From Chloroflexota bacterium (GTDB taxonomy: Bacteria; Chloroflexota; UBA11872), in NCBI GenBank assembly GCA_965220075.1, contig OZ244806.1, forward strand, positions 268,647 through 332,646: a DNA stretch of 64,000 nucleotides, in the 5' to 3' direction. The position numbers and the translations under genes are program-made. Positions 35,370-45,266 of this stretch are shown in pieces (the first letter of the stretch is position 1; every line of letters begins with the position of its first letter). The notes beneath the pieces were generated by a model that saw only the letters and a program-made list of their open reading frames with translations, ran no database searches and was not told the DNA's origin.

Positions 35370-38228
35370 ATGGGCGCTAGCAGGGCGGCGCGCATGCGGC
35401 GCCGGCGGCGCGGATCTCGGGCGCTGCGCTGGGGGCTGCTGGGAGGCGGCCTCCTCGCCCTCCTGACGTGCGCCGCGGCGGCCTTGATTTTGTTCACCGG
35501 GGTGGGCGCCGCGGCGGGCGCCGGCGTGATCGCCGCCTTCCTCGACGATTTGCCTTCGGTGGACGAGATCGCCGTGGCCGGCGACGAGCTGTTCCAAACC
35601 ACCACCATCAGCGATCGGCGCGGGCGCCCGCTGGGAGAGCCGCTGGGGCTGGGGCGCCGCAAGATCATCCCGCCGGAAGAGATTCCGCAGGTCGTCAAGC
35701 TAGCCGTGATCGCTTCGGAAGACGCGACCTTCTACGAGAACCCCGGGGTGGAGCCGCGCGCGATCCTGCGCGCCCTCTGGCAAAACTGGCGCGGCGGCGT
35801 GATCGTGTCGGGCGGCAGCACCATCACCCAGCAGCTGGTCAAGAACCTGCTGCTGACGGCCGAGGAGACGGTCGAGCGCAAGCTCCGCGAAGCCGTCCTC
35901 GCCTGGCAGATCAGCCAGCGATTCTCGAAGGACGAGATTCTGGGGCTCTATCTAAACCAGAACTTCTACGGCGGACTGGCCTACGGCGTGGCCGCGGCGG
36001 CGCAGACCTACTTCGGCAAGGAGCTGGGCCAGGTCACGCTGGCCGAGGCGGCGATGCTGGCCGGCATCCTGCGCTCGCCGTCGATCAACAACCCGCACGC
36101 CAACCCGGAGGCGGCGCGGCGCGAGCAGCTGCGCGTGCTCGACCTGGTTGAGCGCAACGGTTTCGCGCCGCCCGACCGGGTCGCAGCGGCGCGGCGCGAG
36201 GAGGTGAGCATCACGCCGCCGGCGATTGCGCGCGTCAGCGCGCCGCACTTCCTCAACTACGTGCTCGACGAGCTGCAAACCCGCTATGGACCGGAGGTCA
36301 GCCGGCGCGGCTGGGAGGTCATCACCACGCTCGATCTGGACAAGCAGGAAATGGCCGAGGAAGCCGCGCGCGCGCACGTGGCCACGCTGCGCGAGAAGGA
36401 CGCGACCAACGCGGCCCTGGTGGCTCTGCGTCCGGCTACGGGCGAGATCCTGGCGATGGTCGGCAGTCTCGACTTCAACGACCGCAGCATCGACGGTCAG
36501 GTGAACGTAACGCTGGCGCCGCGTCAGCCCGGCTCCTCGTTCAAGCCGATCACGTACGCCGCCGCGCTGCTGGCGGGCTACACGCCCGCAACCATGCTGC
36601 TCGACATTCCGACCACCGTGCCCATCGAAGGCCAGGCCTCTTACAGCCCGCGCAACTACGACCGGCGGTTCCGCGGCCCGGTAAGCCTGCGCACCGCGCT
36701 GGGAAGCTCGCTGAACGTGCCGGCGGTGCGCACGCAGCTGTTCGCCGGGGTGGACGACACCGCGGCGCTGGCGCGGCGTCTCGGGCTTACGACCCTGGAC
36801 GACCCGGCCCGCCTGGGCCCCGCCATGGCGCTTGGCTCGAATGAGGTCCGTTTGCTGGAGCTGGCGGCCGCCTACAGCGTTCTCGCCAACTCGGGGAGGC
36901 GCGTCGAGCCGGTCGCGATCCTGTGCATTCGCGACGCGCGCGGACGCATCGTCGAGCAGTTCGGAGACGGATGCAGTCCACGCGTGCTGAACGACGCGAA
37001 CGAGCAGCCGCGGGCGCCGCTGCCGGAGCGCGTGATCGGCGCGGAGGTAGCTTTTCTAATCACCTCCATACTGGCCGACGACGAAGCGCGCGTCTTGGGG
37101 TTTGGCGAGACGCGCAAGAACCTGGAGCTGATCGACCGGCCGGCGGCGGTAAAGACGGGCACCACAGAGGAAACGCGCGACGCGCTCACGGTGGGATACG
37201 TCCCGCAACTGGTGACAGCCGTCTGGGTGGGCAACTCGGACGGGCGGCCAATGGACGGCGTCACGGGCGTGCGCGGCGCGGCGCCCATCTGGCAGGACTT
37301 CATGCAGCGGGCCCTCGCGGGCGAGCCGGTGCGGCCCTGGGAGCGTCCGGCGACCATCGTGGAGGCCGAGGTGGACGCCGTGTCGGGTCTGTTGCCCACC
37401 CCCTACTCGCCGCTCACGCGCACCGAATACTTCCTGCCCGGAACCGTGCCCGCGCAGCGCGACGTGGTGCATCAGCCGTTTCTCATTCACCGGAGCAGCG
37501 GTCTGCTGGCCACGCCCGGAGTGCCCTTGGAGCAGGTCGAGGAGCGCGTATTCGCGGTGCTGCCCAAAGAGGCCGAGGCGTGGCAGCGCCGGCAGCCGCC
37601 CGATTCGCCCCTGGCCTTGCCGCCCGAACGATTCGCGGCCCAGAGCGTGACGACCGCGGACAGCCAGGCGAACGCCGCGCTGGCGTGGCCGGAGGAAGGC
37701 GGATTCGTGCGCAGCATCCTCGAGGTGCTCGGCACCGCGCGCGGCGCCGGATTCAACGGCTACGAGCTGCACTTCGGGGAGGGCGCCACGCCGCACACGT
37801 GGCTCCGCGTCGGAGACGCGTCGGACCAGCCGGTGGAGAACGACAAGCTGGCGGTGATGGACACCATCGAGCTTCCCGAGGGGGTCTTCACCCTGCGGCT
37901 GACCGTGCACAGCTCGGATGGGGGCGGGGAGCAGGTTTTCCGGCGGTTCGGGGTCGATAACACCCCGCCGACGGCGGAGATAAGCGGGATCACGGACGGC
38001 GCGCTCATCGAGGCGCTGCCTACCGAGTTGGGCGTGCGCGCCGAGGACGCGTGGGGCGTTGTGGAGGTCGAGTACTTCGTCGACGGCAAGAGCGTCGGAC
38101 TGGTACGGCGCGCGCCCTTCAGTCTGACCTGGACGCCGCAATCGGGCGCGCACTTGGTGACGGCTCAGGTGAAAGACCGCGCTGGAAACGCCGCTTTCGC
38201 CGCGCCCGTGAAGGTGCGCGTGCCGTAG
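35370..38228 (+). CDS. Bifunctional penicillin-binding protein 1A (transglycosylase/transpeptidase) with C-terminal Ig-like extension
   Basis: GT51 motifs EDATFYENPG and GGSTITQQLVKN. Transpeptidase motifs SSFKP, SLN and KTGTT. Confidence 0.9.
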   Translation: MGASRAARMRRRRRGSRALRWGLLGGGLLALLTCAAAALILFTGVGAAAGAGVIAAFLDDLPSVDEIAVAGDELFQTTTISDRRGRPLGEPLGLGRRKIIPPEEIPQVVKLAVIASEDATFYENPGVEPRAILRALWQNWRGGVIVSGGSTITQQLVKNLLLTAEETVERKLREAVLAWQISQRFSKDEILGLYLNQNFYGGLAYGVAAAAQTYFGKELGQVTLAEAAMLAGILRSPSINNPHANPEAARREQLRVLDLVERNGFAPPDRVAAARREEVSITPPAIARVSAPHFLNYVLDELQTRYGPEVSRRGWEVITTLDLDKQEMAEEAARAHVATLREKDATNAALVALRPATGEILAMVGSLDFNDRSIDGQVNVTLAPRQPGSSFKPITYAAALLAGYTPATMLLDIPTTVPIEGQASYSPRNYDRRFRGPVSLRTALGSSLNVPAVRTQLFAGVDDTAALARRLGLTTLDDPARLGPAMALGSNEVRLLELAAAYSVLANSGRRVEPVAILCIRDARGRIVEQFGDGCSPRVLNDANEQPRAPLPERVIGAEVAFLITSILADDEARVLGFGETRKNLELIDRPAAVKTGTTEETRDALTVGYVPQLVTAVWVGNSDGRPMDGVTGVRGAAPIWQDFMQRALAGEPVRPWERPATIVEAEVDAVSGLLPTPYSPLTRTEYFLPGTVPAQRDVVHQPFLIHRSSGLLATPGVPLEQVEERVFAVLPKEAEAWQRRQPPDSPLALPPERFAAQSVTTADSQANAALAWPEEGGFVRSILEVLGTARGAGFNGYELHFGEGATPHTWLRVGDASDQPVENDKLAVMDTIELPEGVFTLRLTVHSSDGGGEQVFRRFGVDNTPPTAEISGITDGALIEALPTELGVRAEDAWGVVEVEYFVDGKSVGLVRRAPFSLTWTPQSGAHLVTAQVKDRAGNAAFAAPVKVRVP

Positions 38229-38542
38229 GTCGACCGGGGCGCGACGGGCCCGATATCACACCTCCGCGGGCAAGTTCGACGCCGATCTGGCGCGGCGCCT
38301 ACACATTCGTCACATGCCGCCCGCCCGATCCGTTACAGGGTCTACAGAAGCAGCGCAGGGGCGCGCGCCCTCTGCAAGCATTGTGGAGGAGGGTGACGCG
38401 TGCAAAAATGCGTGGGCCTGTTGATTGACGTAACGCGACGGGCCAGACCTGATTTTCGGGTGGAGCGGGCCGTGAGTTTGCCGGCCGCGAGCCGGCTGAG
38501 CGGCAGACGGGGGTGTCGCCGCCCTCGCGATTGGAGGTGCGC

Positions 38543-39556
38543 ATGAGCAGCTTGCGCAGATATCGGCTGTTCGTGGCGCTGTTGGTTCTGCCGGTCGTAG
38601 TGATCGTCTTGATAGTCGTGGTGCTGGCCAACGTCCTCGGGGGCGGTGATATCACTGAGGGCGAAACGGCCGGTCTCACGCCGACCGGAGGTACGCAGAC
38701 GGGTGCCACCGCGCCGGCGTCGAGTGTCACCGCCGCCCGGCCCACGGTCAGCATCCTCGCCACCCAGACGCCGATCAGAGAGCCGACGCCACAGGCCACC
38801 CCCATTCCAACTCACACACCCACCGCCACGGCCACGCCGGAGCCGACGCCGGCGCCGACTCCCGCCGGCCCGATTCTCTACGAGGTTGAAGAGGGCGACA
38901 CCTTGTTTAGCATCGCGGGGCGGTTCGGGGTCGACGTCGACGACATAGTGAGCTTCAACGAGCTGGATGACGCGCAGTCTATTTTCGCCGGCCAGGTCTT
39001 GGAGATCCCCACGGATCCGCAGCAGCTTGCCGATCGGATAGAGTCGCGCCCGGTGGCGACCACCGCCGTGGTGATTCCCGCTGACGGGCTGAACGTCCGT
39101 GACCGCCCAGGCGTAGGTGTGGGAACGGTGCAGTACGTGGCGGTGGGCGGATCGCAGCTTGAGCTTACGGGCGTGACCTCGCAGCTCGACGGGGACCTTT
39201 GGCACGAGGTGAACGATGGCAACTGGGCCCTCGGGTCCGGACCGGGTTTCCAGTACCTTGAGCTGGGCGCCACGGCCGCTCCCACGGCCACTGCCGCAGC
39301 CACACCCGCGCCCGAGGCGGAAGCGACGCCAAGCCCCGCAACCACGCCGGACGAAGGCGCCGTGACCGCAACTGTGGTTTCTGATTCGGGCCTGAACGTG
39401 CGGAGGACGCCGGACCAGCATGCCGATGTGGCTTATGTGGCGCCGGGAGGCTCAACGCTCGAATTGACCGGCGAGAGCCGCGTGGTCGACGGGGTCACGT
39501 GGTGGGCGGTCAATGACGGCAACTGGGTGCAAGGCCAGTTCTTGAAGTTCGGCTAG
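38543..39556 (+). CDS. Membrane-anchored LysM plus two SH3b-like domains
   Basis: The start at ATG 38543 has GGAGG 5-6 nt upstream. LysM: YEVEEGDTLFSIAGRFGVDVDDIVSFNEL...GQVLEIP. Two GLNVR...W..VNDGNW repeats. Confidence 0.8.
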   Translation: MSSLRRYRLFVALLVLPVVVIVLIVVVLANVLGGGDITEGETAGLTPTGGTQTGATAPASSVTAARPTVSILATQTPIREPTPQATPIPTHTPTATATPEPTPAPTPAGPILYEVEEGDTLFSIAGRFGVDVDDIVSFNELDDAQSIFAGQVLEIPTDPQQLADRIESRPVATTAVVIPADGLNVRDRPGVGVGTVQYVAVGGSQLELTGVTSQLDGDLWHEVNDGNWALGSGPGFQYLELGATAAPTATAAATPAPEAEATPSPATTPDEGAVTATVVSDSGLNVRRTPDQHADVAYVAPGGSTLELTGESRVVDGVTWWAVNDGNWVQGQFLKFG

Positions 39557-39684
39557 CCGGGAAGGCCGGGCGGCAGGGGCTGGGTCGGGCGCGCGGGCGA
39601 TTCGTCTTGGATGCCGTTGCGCGGTAAGCCGCGCTTGCTCCGCGTGGCGCCGGGCGCGCTCCGTGGAGGTTGGCGACGGGGCGG

Positions 39685-40719
39685 CTACGCGCGGCCGGCG
39701 GCGCTGAGCACGCGTTCCAGAAACTCGAGCGCGGCCGCGCTGCCGAGCTCGTGTCCCCCGTCGAACTCGTCCAGCTCGAGGTGCCCGAGGGCGCCCGCCG
39801 CCGCGTAAATCCGCCGCAGGTGCGCGAAGGCCGCGCGAGCGGACTCGATGGGGAAGCCGCGATCCGCGCGCCCGGCTTGGATCAGCAGCGGACGCGGTGC
39901 GATCAGGCCGTGAATGTCGGCCAGGTCGGCTAGCGCGTAGACGCCCGGCAAGAACTGCGAGCCGCAGAAGTTCCCCTGCTCGAGGGCGTACGCGCGGAAG
40001 GTGCTCAGGTAGCCGCTCACCACCGCCGCGCGCAGGCGCTCGTCCAGCGCGGCCAGGTACATGGCGCGGGTGCCGCCGAAGGACAGACCGGCGCATGCGA
40101 TGCGCGTGGGATCGACCTCCGGGCGGGAGGCCAGGTAGTCCACGGCCCGACCATCGTCCCTAACGGTCAGCGCCATCAGGCTCCCGCCGAACAGCGCCAG
40201 CTTCAGCTGGTTGACATTGCAACCGTCCCGCCCGCCGTAGCGCCCGAAGCCCGCGGCGCGCTCGCCGAAGCCGACGGCGTCGGGCGCGAGCACCACGAAC
40301 CCGCGCTCCGCGCAGCGGCGTCCAAAGGCGTCGTAGATGCCGGGATGATCCGAACGCGTTACAAGGTCGCGCTTGCCGCCGCCGTGCCCGTGCAGCGCCA
40401 ACACGGCGGGAGCGGGGTTGGCCGCGTCGACCCCGTCCGGAATCAGGAGGTAGGCGGGCGCGTCGACCCCGGGCATGGTTCGATAGACGACCTTGTGCCG
40501 CACGTAGCCCGGGAAGCTCCGGGCCGCGACGGTTACGGCGTCCAGCGGGACGGGCGGCGGCGGCGGCCCCAGCAAGCCGCGGATCCGCGACGCCAACTCC
40601 CGGCGCCAGCTCGCGAATGACCGGCCGCCGCGAAATCCGAGGGCCGGCGCGTGACCGCCATCGAGGTCGGCCACGTAAACGTCGAAGTCAAACGAGAATT
40701 CGCGCTCTTGCGGCGTCAC
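39685..40719 (-). CDS. Alpha/beta hydrolase (dienelactone hydrolase/esterase-like)
   Basis: LALHGHGGG and the nucleophile elbow GLSFGG. Confidence 0.75.
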   Translation of the reverse strand: MTPQEREFSFDFDVYVADLDGGHAPALGFRGGRSFASWRRELASRIRGLLGPPPPPVPLDAVTVAARSFPGYVRHKVVYRTMPGVDAPAYLLIPDGVDAANPAPAVLALHGHGGGKRDLVTRSDHPGIYDAFGRRCAERGFVVLAPDAVGFGERAAGFGRYGGRDGCNVNQLKLALFGGSLMALTVRDDGRAVDYLASRPEVDPTRIACAGLSFGGTRAMYLAALDERLRAAVVSGYLSTFRAYALEQGNFCGSQFLPGVYALADLADIHGLIAPRPLLIQAGRADRGFPIESARAAFAHLRRIYAAAGALGHLELDEFDGGHELGSAAALEFLERVLSAAGRA

Positions 40720-40962
40720 GCGTGAACCCCACGCGCGGGTAGCCGCGCAAGTAGAAGCGCACGCGCGCTGCCCGATCCACGAGGGGAGCCGGACAGACGT
40801 TTGCCAAGGGGGTGGATCATCGCGCCGTGTCCGTTCCGCGCCGCCGCCGGGGGCGCCCCAACGGGCGCGCCGACGTTAGCGCACGGACGCAACGCGCCGC
40901 TGTGCGCGCCTGGTTTGAATACTCTATGGGCGGCGCGATGGGCGGAGAGGAGCAAGGCGGCG

Positions 40963-41688
40963 GTGGGAGCTGAAGGCGACGGCGAGGCGGCGGAGCTGCT
41001 GGAGGTGACCGACGCGGACGGGTGCGGCACCGGAGAGATCCTGCCCCGCGGCGCCTTGCACCGCCGAGGCGCTTGGCACCGCACGCGCAGCGTATGGGTG
41101 CTGCTGCGCGAGCCCGCGGGCCCGGCGCTGTTGCTGCAGAAGCGCGGCGCCCACAAGCAGGCCGCGCCGGGCCGCTTGGACGCGAGCGCCGCGGGACACG
41201 TCAGGCCGGGCGAGCTGGACCCCTGGCGAGAGGTGCAGGAAGAGCTGGGGAGGCGGCCCAAGCCCGGCGAAGCCCTGCCGATTGGAACCCGGCGGCAAGT
41301 CTATGACCTGGGCCCCGGCGGGATCGATCGTGAAGTGCAAGAGCTCTGGCTGTGGCGCTGTCCCTACGCCTTGCAGCAATTCCGCCCGGCCGCGCCGGAA
41401 GTGGCCGCCTTGGTAGCCGCGCCGGTCGCACAGCTGGGTCGCTTGCTGACGGGCGAGTTGGACGGACTGGCGGTTCCCGTGTGCTGGGCCGGGCCGGCCG
41501 GCACCCCACGACGCACGGGCCGACTGCGCATCGACGCGGCGCAATTCTTGCCCGGCGACGCGCCCTACGTTGCGCATATCGCCGAGCTGGCGCGGCGCTG
41601 CGCCGCGGGCGAGCAGGGCCTGGCATACGACACCCGGCTCGACCCGCCCCAGTTGAGCGCGCCGCTGGAGCGGTCTAGCGAATCTTGA
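40963..41688 (+). CDS. Nudix hydrolase, YfcD/Idi-like subfamily
   Basis: HRRGAWHRTRSVWVLL...QKRGAHKQAAPGRLDASAAGHVRPGE...REVQEELG. The start was set to GTG 40963, downstream of GGAGAGGAG; the longer ORF start is less likely. Confidence 0.7.
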   Translation: MGAEGDGEAAELLEVTDADGCGTGEILPRGALHRRGAWHRTRSVWVLLREPAGPALLLQKRGAHKQAAPGRLDASAAGHVRPGELDPWREVQEELGRRPKPGEALPIGTRRQVYDLGPGGIDREVQELWLWRCPYALQQFRPAAPEVAALVAAPVAQLGRLLTGELDGLAVPVCWAGPAGTPRRTGRLRIDAAQFLPGDAPYVAHIAELARRCAAGEQGLAYDTRLDPPQLSAPLERSSES

Positions 41689-42598
41689 CGCTGCTGGCCC
41701 CCGCGTTGACCGTGATGTCGGCTCGATTGTCCGCCCCGTCGTAGTCAGGCGATCGATACGTCTCGGCGCCCACCTTGGGGAAGCGATTCTCGTCCACCTC
41801 GATAGACGACACGCCGCCGGAGACGTGAATCTGCGCGGCCACGTCGGCGGGCACCCGGATATCGAGCGAGGCGGCGCCGATGTCGAAGTAGGCCCGTATC
41901 TGTCCGGCTGCCAGCGGCAGGGTGACGCGCGCGTCGGTGGCGCCAATCTCGAGATCGAGCAGCTTGATGTTGAGACGCGCCAGGTCGAGGCGTACCCGGG
42001 CCGCGCCGCCGGCCAAACGAATCTCGGTGGGGACGTCTTCGAGCAACTGCAAGTGCCAAGTCTCAGTCGGATGGTTGCCGAAAAAGGGGATGCGGAAGCG
42101 CCGCGCCAGATCGCTCGTCAGCGAGACGCGGCGGGTTCCGGCCTGATCGGTCACACTGGTTTGCAAAGCGCGGTCGCCGGCGTGAGTCGTGAGCGCGCCG
42201 TCCACCAGCAGGCCGGGATTGGCGCCCGAGACGACCGTCAGGTCGCCGCCGGCGATGTTCAGGTCCAGTTGCAGCGCGGAGGCGCCCTGCGCGGCCACGC
42301 GAATGGGCTCCTCCACCCGCTCGCTCACCACGCTCGTACCGGCGGCGGAGAGCCCCCAGGCAGTGCCGAGCGTGCCGAGCAGTAAGAGCAGCGCGGCGGC
42401 CGAGCCTATCCAAGTGTGAATCCGCGACAGGAGCAGGTTGGCGCCGGCGGCGAGCAGCAGAACCGGCCATAGCGGCCAGAGAACGTCGAAATAGGATTGC
42501 GGCAGCGCACCCAGATTCCAGAGCAGGAGCAGCAGGCCGGCCAGCGCCACCGAGCCGGCAAAGGCGAACCCGCGAGAGCGGGCGCGGTAGCTCTCCAT
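41675..42598 (-). CDS. LiaF-like/DUF4097 (toastrack-type) envelope-stress protein
   Basis: N-terminal TM helices followed by repetitive beta-rich segments (LDLNIAGGDLTV, RVRLDLARLNIKLLDLEIGATDARV, SLDIRVPADV). ATGA overlap with pspC. Confidence 0.7.
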   Translation of the reverse strand: MESYRARSRGFAFAGSVALAGLLLLLWNLGALPQSYFDVLWPLWPVLLLAAGANLLLSRIHTWIGSAAALLLLLGTLGTAWGLSAAGTSVVSERVEEPIRVAAQGASALQLDLNIAGGDLTVVSGANPGLLVDGALTTHAGDRALQTSVTDQAGTRRVSLTSDLARRFRIPFFGNHPTETWHLQLLEDVPTEIRLAGGAARVRLDLARLNIKLLDLEIGATDARVTLPLAAGQIRAYFDIGAASLDIRVPADVAAQIHVSGGVSSIEVDENRFPKVGAETYRSPDYDGADNRADITVNAGASSVKIR

Positions 42599-43227
42599 CA
42601 GGAACGCCGGGAGTAGATGACGGCTGCCCCGATCCCGATGAGGATCAGCGGCCATAGGTTCCAGGGATTGAAGAAGGCGAACATCCCGAGGGAGTCGATC
42701 AGCGCGATGCCGCCGACAACCACCAGGATCACTCCGAAGATGGAGCCGCTTTTCCAGCGGCGGGCAGGCGCTGGCGCGCTGGCGCGCGGCTGCGGCTCGG
42801 CCGGGGCGGCCGGCGGACTCGCGCCCGCGCTAGGTTCGGTATCGCTTGCGGCGGGGTCCAAGGGCGCGGGTGTGGCCGCGTCATCGGCCGTTTCCGCGGG
42901 CGCGGCAGCTTCCGAGGTTGCGGGTGGGGTCGCGTCGTCGGCCGTTTCGGGCGATGCGGCCGCGTCGGGGGGCATGGGTGTGGCCGTATCGCCGGCCGTT
43001 CCCGCCGGCGCGGCAGGCGCCTCGAAGCCCGCGCCGCTGCGGGCGGCGGATGGCGTGATTACAGCCATCACGGCGTAGACGATGATCGCCATACCGCCGG
43101 AGAAAATTGCCGCTAGCACCCATAGCAGCCGCACGAGCACCGGGTCGAGGTCGGAATACTCAGCCATCCCGCCGCACACGCCGGTCATCATCCGGTCGGT
43201 TGAGCTGCGATAGAGCCGTTGCCCCAT
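42598..43227 (-). CDS. PspC-domain protein
   Basis: LYRSSTDRMMTGVCGGMAEYSDLDPVLVRLLWVL. Confidence 0.85.
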   Translation of the reverse strand: MGQRLYRSSTDRMMTGVCGGMAEYSDLDPVLVRLLWVLAAIFSGGMAIIVYAVMAVITPSAARSGAGFEAPAAPAGTAGDTATPMPPDAAASPETADDATPPATSEAAAPAETADDAATPAPLDPAASDTEPSAGASPPAAPAEPQPRASAPAPARRWKSGSIFGVILVVVGGIALIDSLGMFAFFNPWNLWPLILIGIGAAVIYSRRS

Positions 43228-43431
43228 GGTGTCCGCCTAAGTTCGATTTACGTCCAGCATCAAGGTAGCCAGCCGCGCGGCCGGCGCCATCGCCCAAACG
43301 CAGTAACTTCGCGAGCGCGCGCCCGGCCAAAAGGACTAGCCGCGGCGCCCCCGCCCCGCCGGCCGCGCGGCGCACCCGCGCTCGCAACCACGCCGCCGGG
43401 AAGGCGCGCACGGGCCGGCCGTGCGCGCGGA

Positions 43432-43447
43432 TGTTTCACGTGAAACA
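43432..43447. promoter_or_regulatory. parS site, perfect consensus TGTTTCACGTGAAACA
   Basis: 16-bp perfect palindrome, intergenic between the pspC start and the RDD gene stop. Confidence 0.8.
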
Positions 43448-43487
43448 GGTAGCCGTGATGAGGCGCCGCCGCCTGGCGCCAGGCTGC

Positions 43488-44111
43488 TTAGTAGCGCTTG
43501 AAGCTCGCGGGTCCCTCGTCCGGCGCCGCCTTGTCCACCGCCCGCGCGCGAACCACCCGCGTGCGGAAGGGGAGATCGTGGATCGCGCGGTGATCGCGGC
43601 GTCGGAAGACGACCCAGAGGCTCAGGAACAGCAGCAACGTGACGATTGTGAACTGCTGCTGCTCCGCCAGGCCCAGAAGGGCCGGGGTGCTCAAGATCGC
43701 AAAGAGAACGAGCTCGCGTCCGAGCACAAGAAGCGCGCCGGGGCGCGCCGTGCCCTCCGACGCGAGCCGCAGGCCCAGGAGCCGCTTACCCACCGTGTAG
43801 CCAACCGCCGCTTGCATGGACCAGCGGTACACCACCTCGAGCGCGCGCACCCACAGCGCGAATCCTTGATCTATGTCCGACACCCCCGGTCCGATCACTC
43901 CGGCCGCCAGCCCGATCAGCCAGGCCACGCCTGAAACCAATAGCTGGTCCAGTATCCAGGCCCCGATCCGCCGCAGGATCAGCCCGAAATCGGGCCGCGG
44001 CAGGCCGGCCTGGTCCCAGCGGTTCGGCCTGCGCGGGCGTTCCTCGGCGGCTTGATCGAACGGTTCGGGATCGTCGCGGCGGTCGGGCGGCCGGTCGGTG
44101 GACTCCGACAT
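43488..44111 (-). CDS. RDD-family membrane protein
   Basis: ILRRIGAWILDQLL..., GYTVGKRLLGLRL and RDHRAIHD. Start at Met32 of the ORF. Confidence 0.75.
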   Translation of the reverse strand: MSESTDRPPDRRDDPEPFDQAAEERPRRPNRWDQAGLPRPDFGLILRRIGAWILDQLLVSGVAWLIGLAAGVIGPGVSDIDQGFALWVRALEVVYRWSMQAAVGYTVGKRLLGLRLASEGTARPGALLVLGRELVLFAILSTPALLGLAEQQQFTIVTLLLFLSLWVVFRRRDHRAIHDLPFRTRVVRARAVDKAAPDEGPASFKRY

Positions 44112-44303
44112 GTCGGCACCCGCTCCCTGGTTGCTGCCGCTCGCGGTTCCGTCCCGCGCGTTCGTCTGTGCCGGCAGTATCCCACCGGCGTTGCGTTCAC
44201 GCATTGAAGGGCCGCCAACCGTGGGGCCCGCGCTTCGGGCGCCCGCCGCGCTCGCAGGCAGACCGCTGCGGCTCGGCCTACGCCGGCCGGACTGCGTAGA
44301 CTA

Positions 44304-44822
44304 TTGCTTAGATCGTTGATCAGGTTTCCGGTGTTTCCGCCGGCGGAGGGCCTCGTGGTCGACGCTAACGCTCTGCGCGCGAATCAAGCTTTCGTGATAG
44401 TCCTGCTCGTGCTGGGATTCATTCTGGGCGAGGGCGCCGGGACCTGGCTCGTGTTAGGGGTAGGCGCCGTGCTGGCCCTGGGCACCGCCACTAACCGGCT
44501 GGCGCTCTTCCAGCAGGTGTACTTCCAGATCCTGCGGCCGGCCCGTCTGATCAAGCCCGCTTTGCGGGAGGAGAGCGCCACGCCGCACCGCTTCGCGCAG
44601 GCCGTGGGCGCCCTGGTCACTCTCGCCGGCGGGCTGATCGTGCTGCTTACGCCCGTGACCGCGCTTGGCTGGGCGCTGGTTTGGATCGTGGTCGCCCTCG
44701 CCGTCGTGAACCTGTTTGCCGGGTTCTGTCTCGGTTGCTTCATGTACCTGCACCTGGACCGCATGGGGCTCCTCCCCACCTCGATCTCCGACCGCGCACG
44801 ACGGGCGCCCGCCGACGGGTAG
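44304..44822 (+). CDS. DUF4395-like membrane protein
   Basis: VDANALRANQAFVIVLLVLGF..., NLFAGFCLGCFMY. TTG or GTG start. Confidence 0.75.
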   Translation: MLRSLIRFPVFPPAEGLVVDANALRANQAFVIVLLVLGFILGEGAGTWLVLGVGAVLALGTATNRLALFQQVYFQILRPARLIKPALREESATPHRFAQAVGALVTLAGGLIVLLTPVTALGWALVWIVVALAVVNLFAGFCLGCFMYLHLDRMGLLPTSISDRARRAPADG

Positions 44823-44828
44823 CCGCCC

Positions 44829-45227
44829 GTGGAGGTCCGCCTGCTGATCACGCTGGGCGCGGCCGCGGCGCTGGCACTCTCCATCGGCGCGGTCAGGCTC
44901 TGGATCGGCCGTCGCGGCGCCGCCCTGCTGGGTGCTGAGGCGGCCGCGCTGGCCACACCGGGCCGCGCCACCGTTCTGTATTTCTACACGGATTCCTGCG
45001 GGGTCTGCCGGTCCGAGCAGAAGCCCGCGCTGGAACGGCTGACCATGCACGCCGCCAATGTGGTCCTGCGCGAGATCGACGCCGTCGCCGAGCGCGAACT
45101 GGCCAAACGCTTCCGCGTCCTCACCGTGCCTACCACCGTGGTGCTGGACGGACTTGGCCGGGTGGTGGCGGTCAACAGCGGCTTCGCTGATCAGCAAACC
45201 CTGCGGGCGCAGATCCGCGCCGCATAG
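44829..45227 (+). CDS. Membrane-anchored thioredoxin-like protein
   Basis: YFYTDSCGVCR contains CxxC, followed by VPTTVVLD. Confidence 0.8.
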   Translation: MEVRLLITLGAAAALALSIGAVRLWIGRRGAALLGAEAAALATPGRATVLYFYTDSCGVCRSEQKPALERLTMHAANVVLREIDAVAERELAKRFRVLTVPTTVVLDGLGRVVAVNSGFADQQTLRAQIRAA

Positions 45228-45266
45228 CCTCCCGGCCGCCGCCGCGCTTGCCGGTAGACTCGGCTC

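Noticed and set aside
38229-38542. Possible cyclic-di-AMP (ydaO-type) riboswitch in the 314-nt leader of the LysM/SH3 cell-wall gene
   Set aside because: Only a loose ACGGGGGTG resemblance was seen. The paired conserved GGGGA..CCA and ACGGGGTGAAT elements were not found. It would need a covariance-model scan to revisit.
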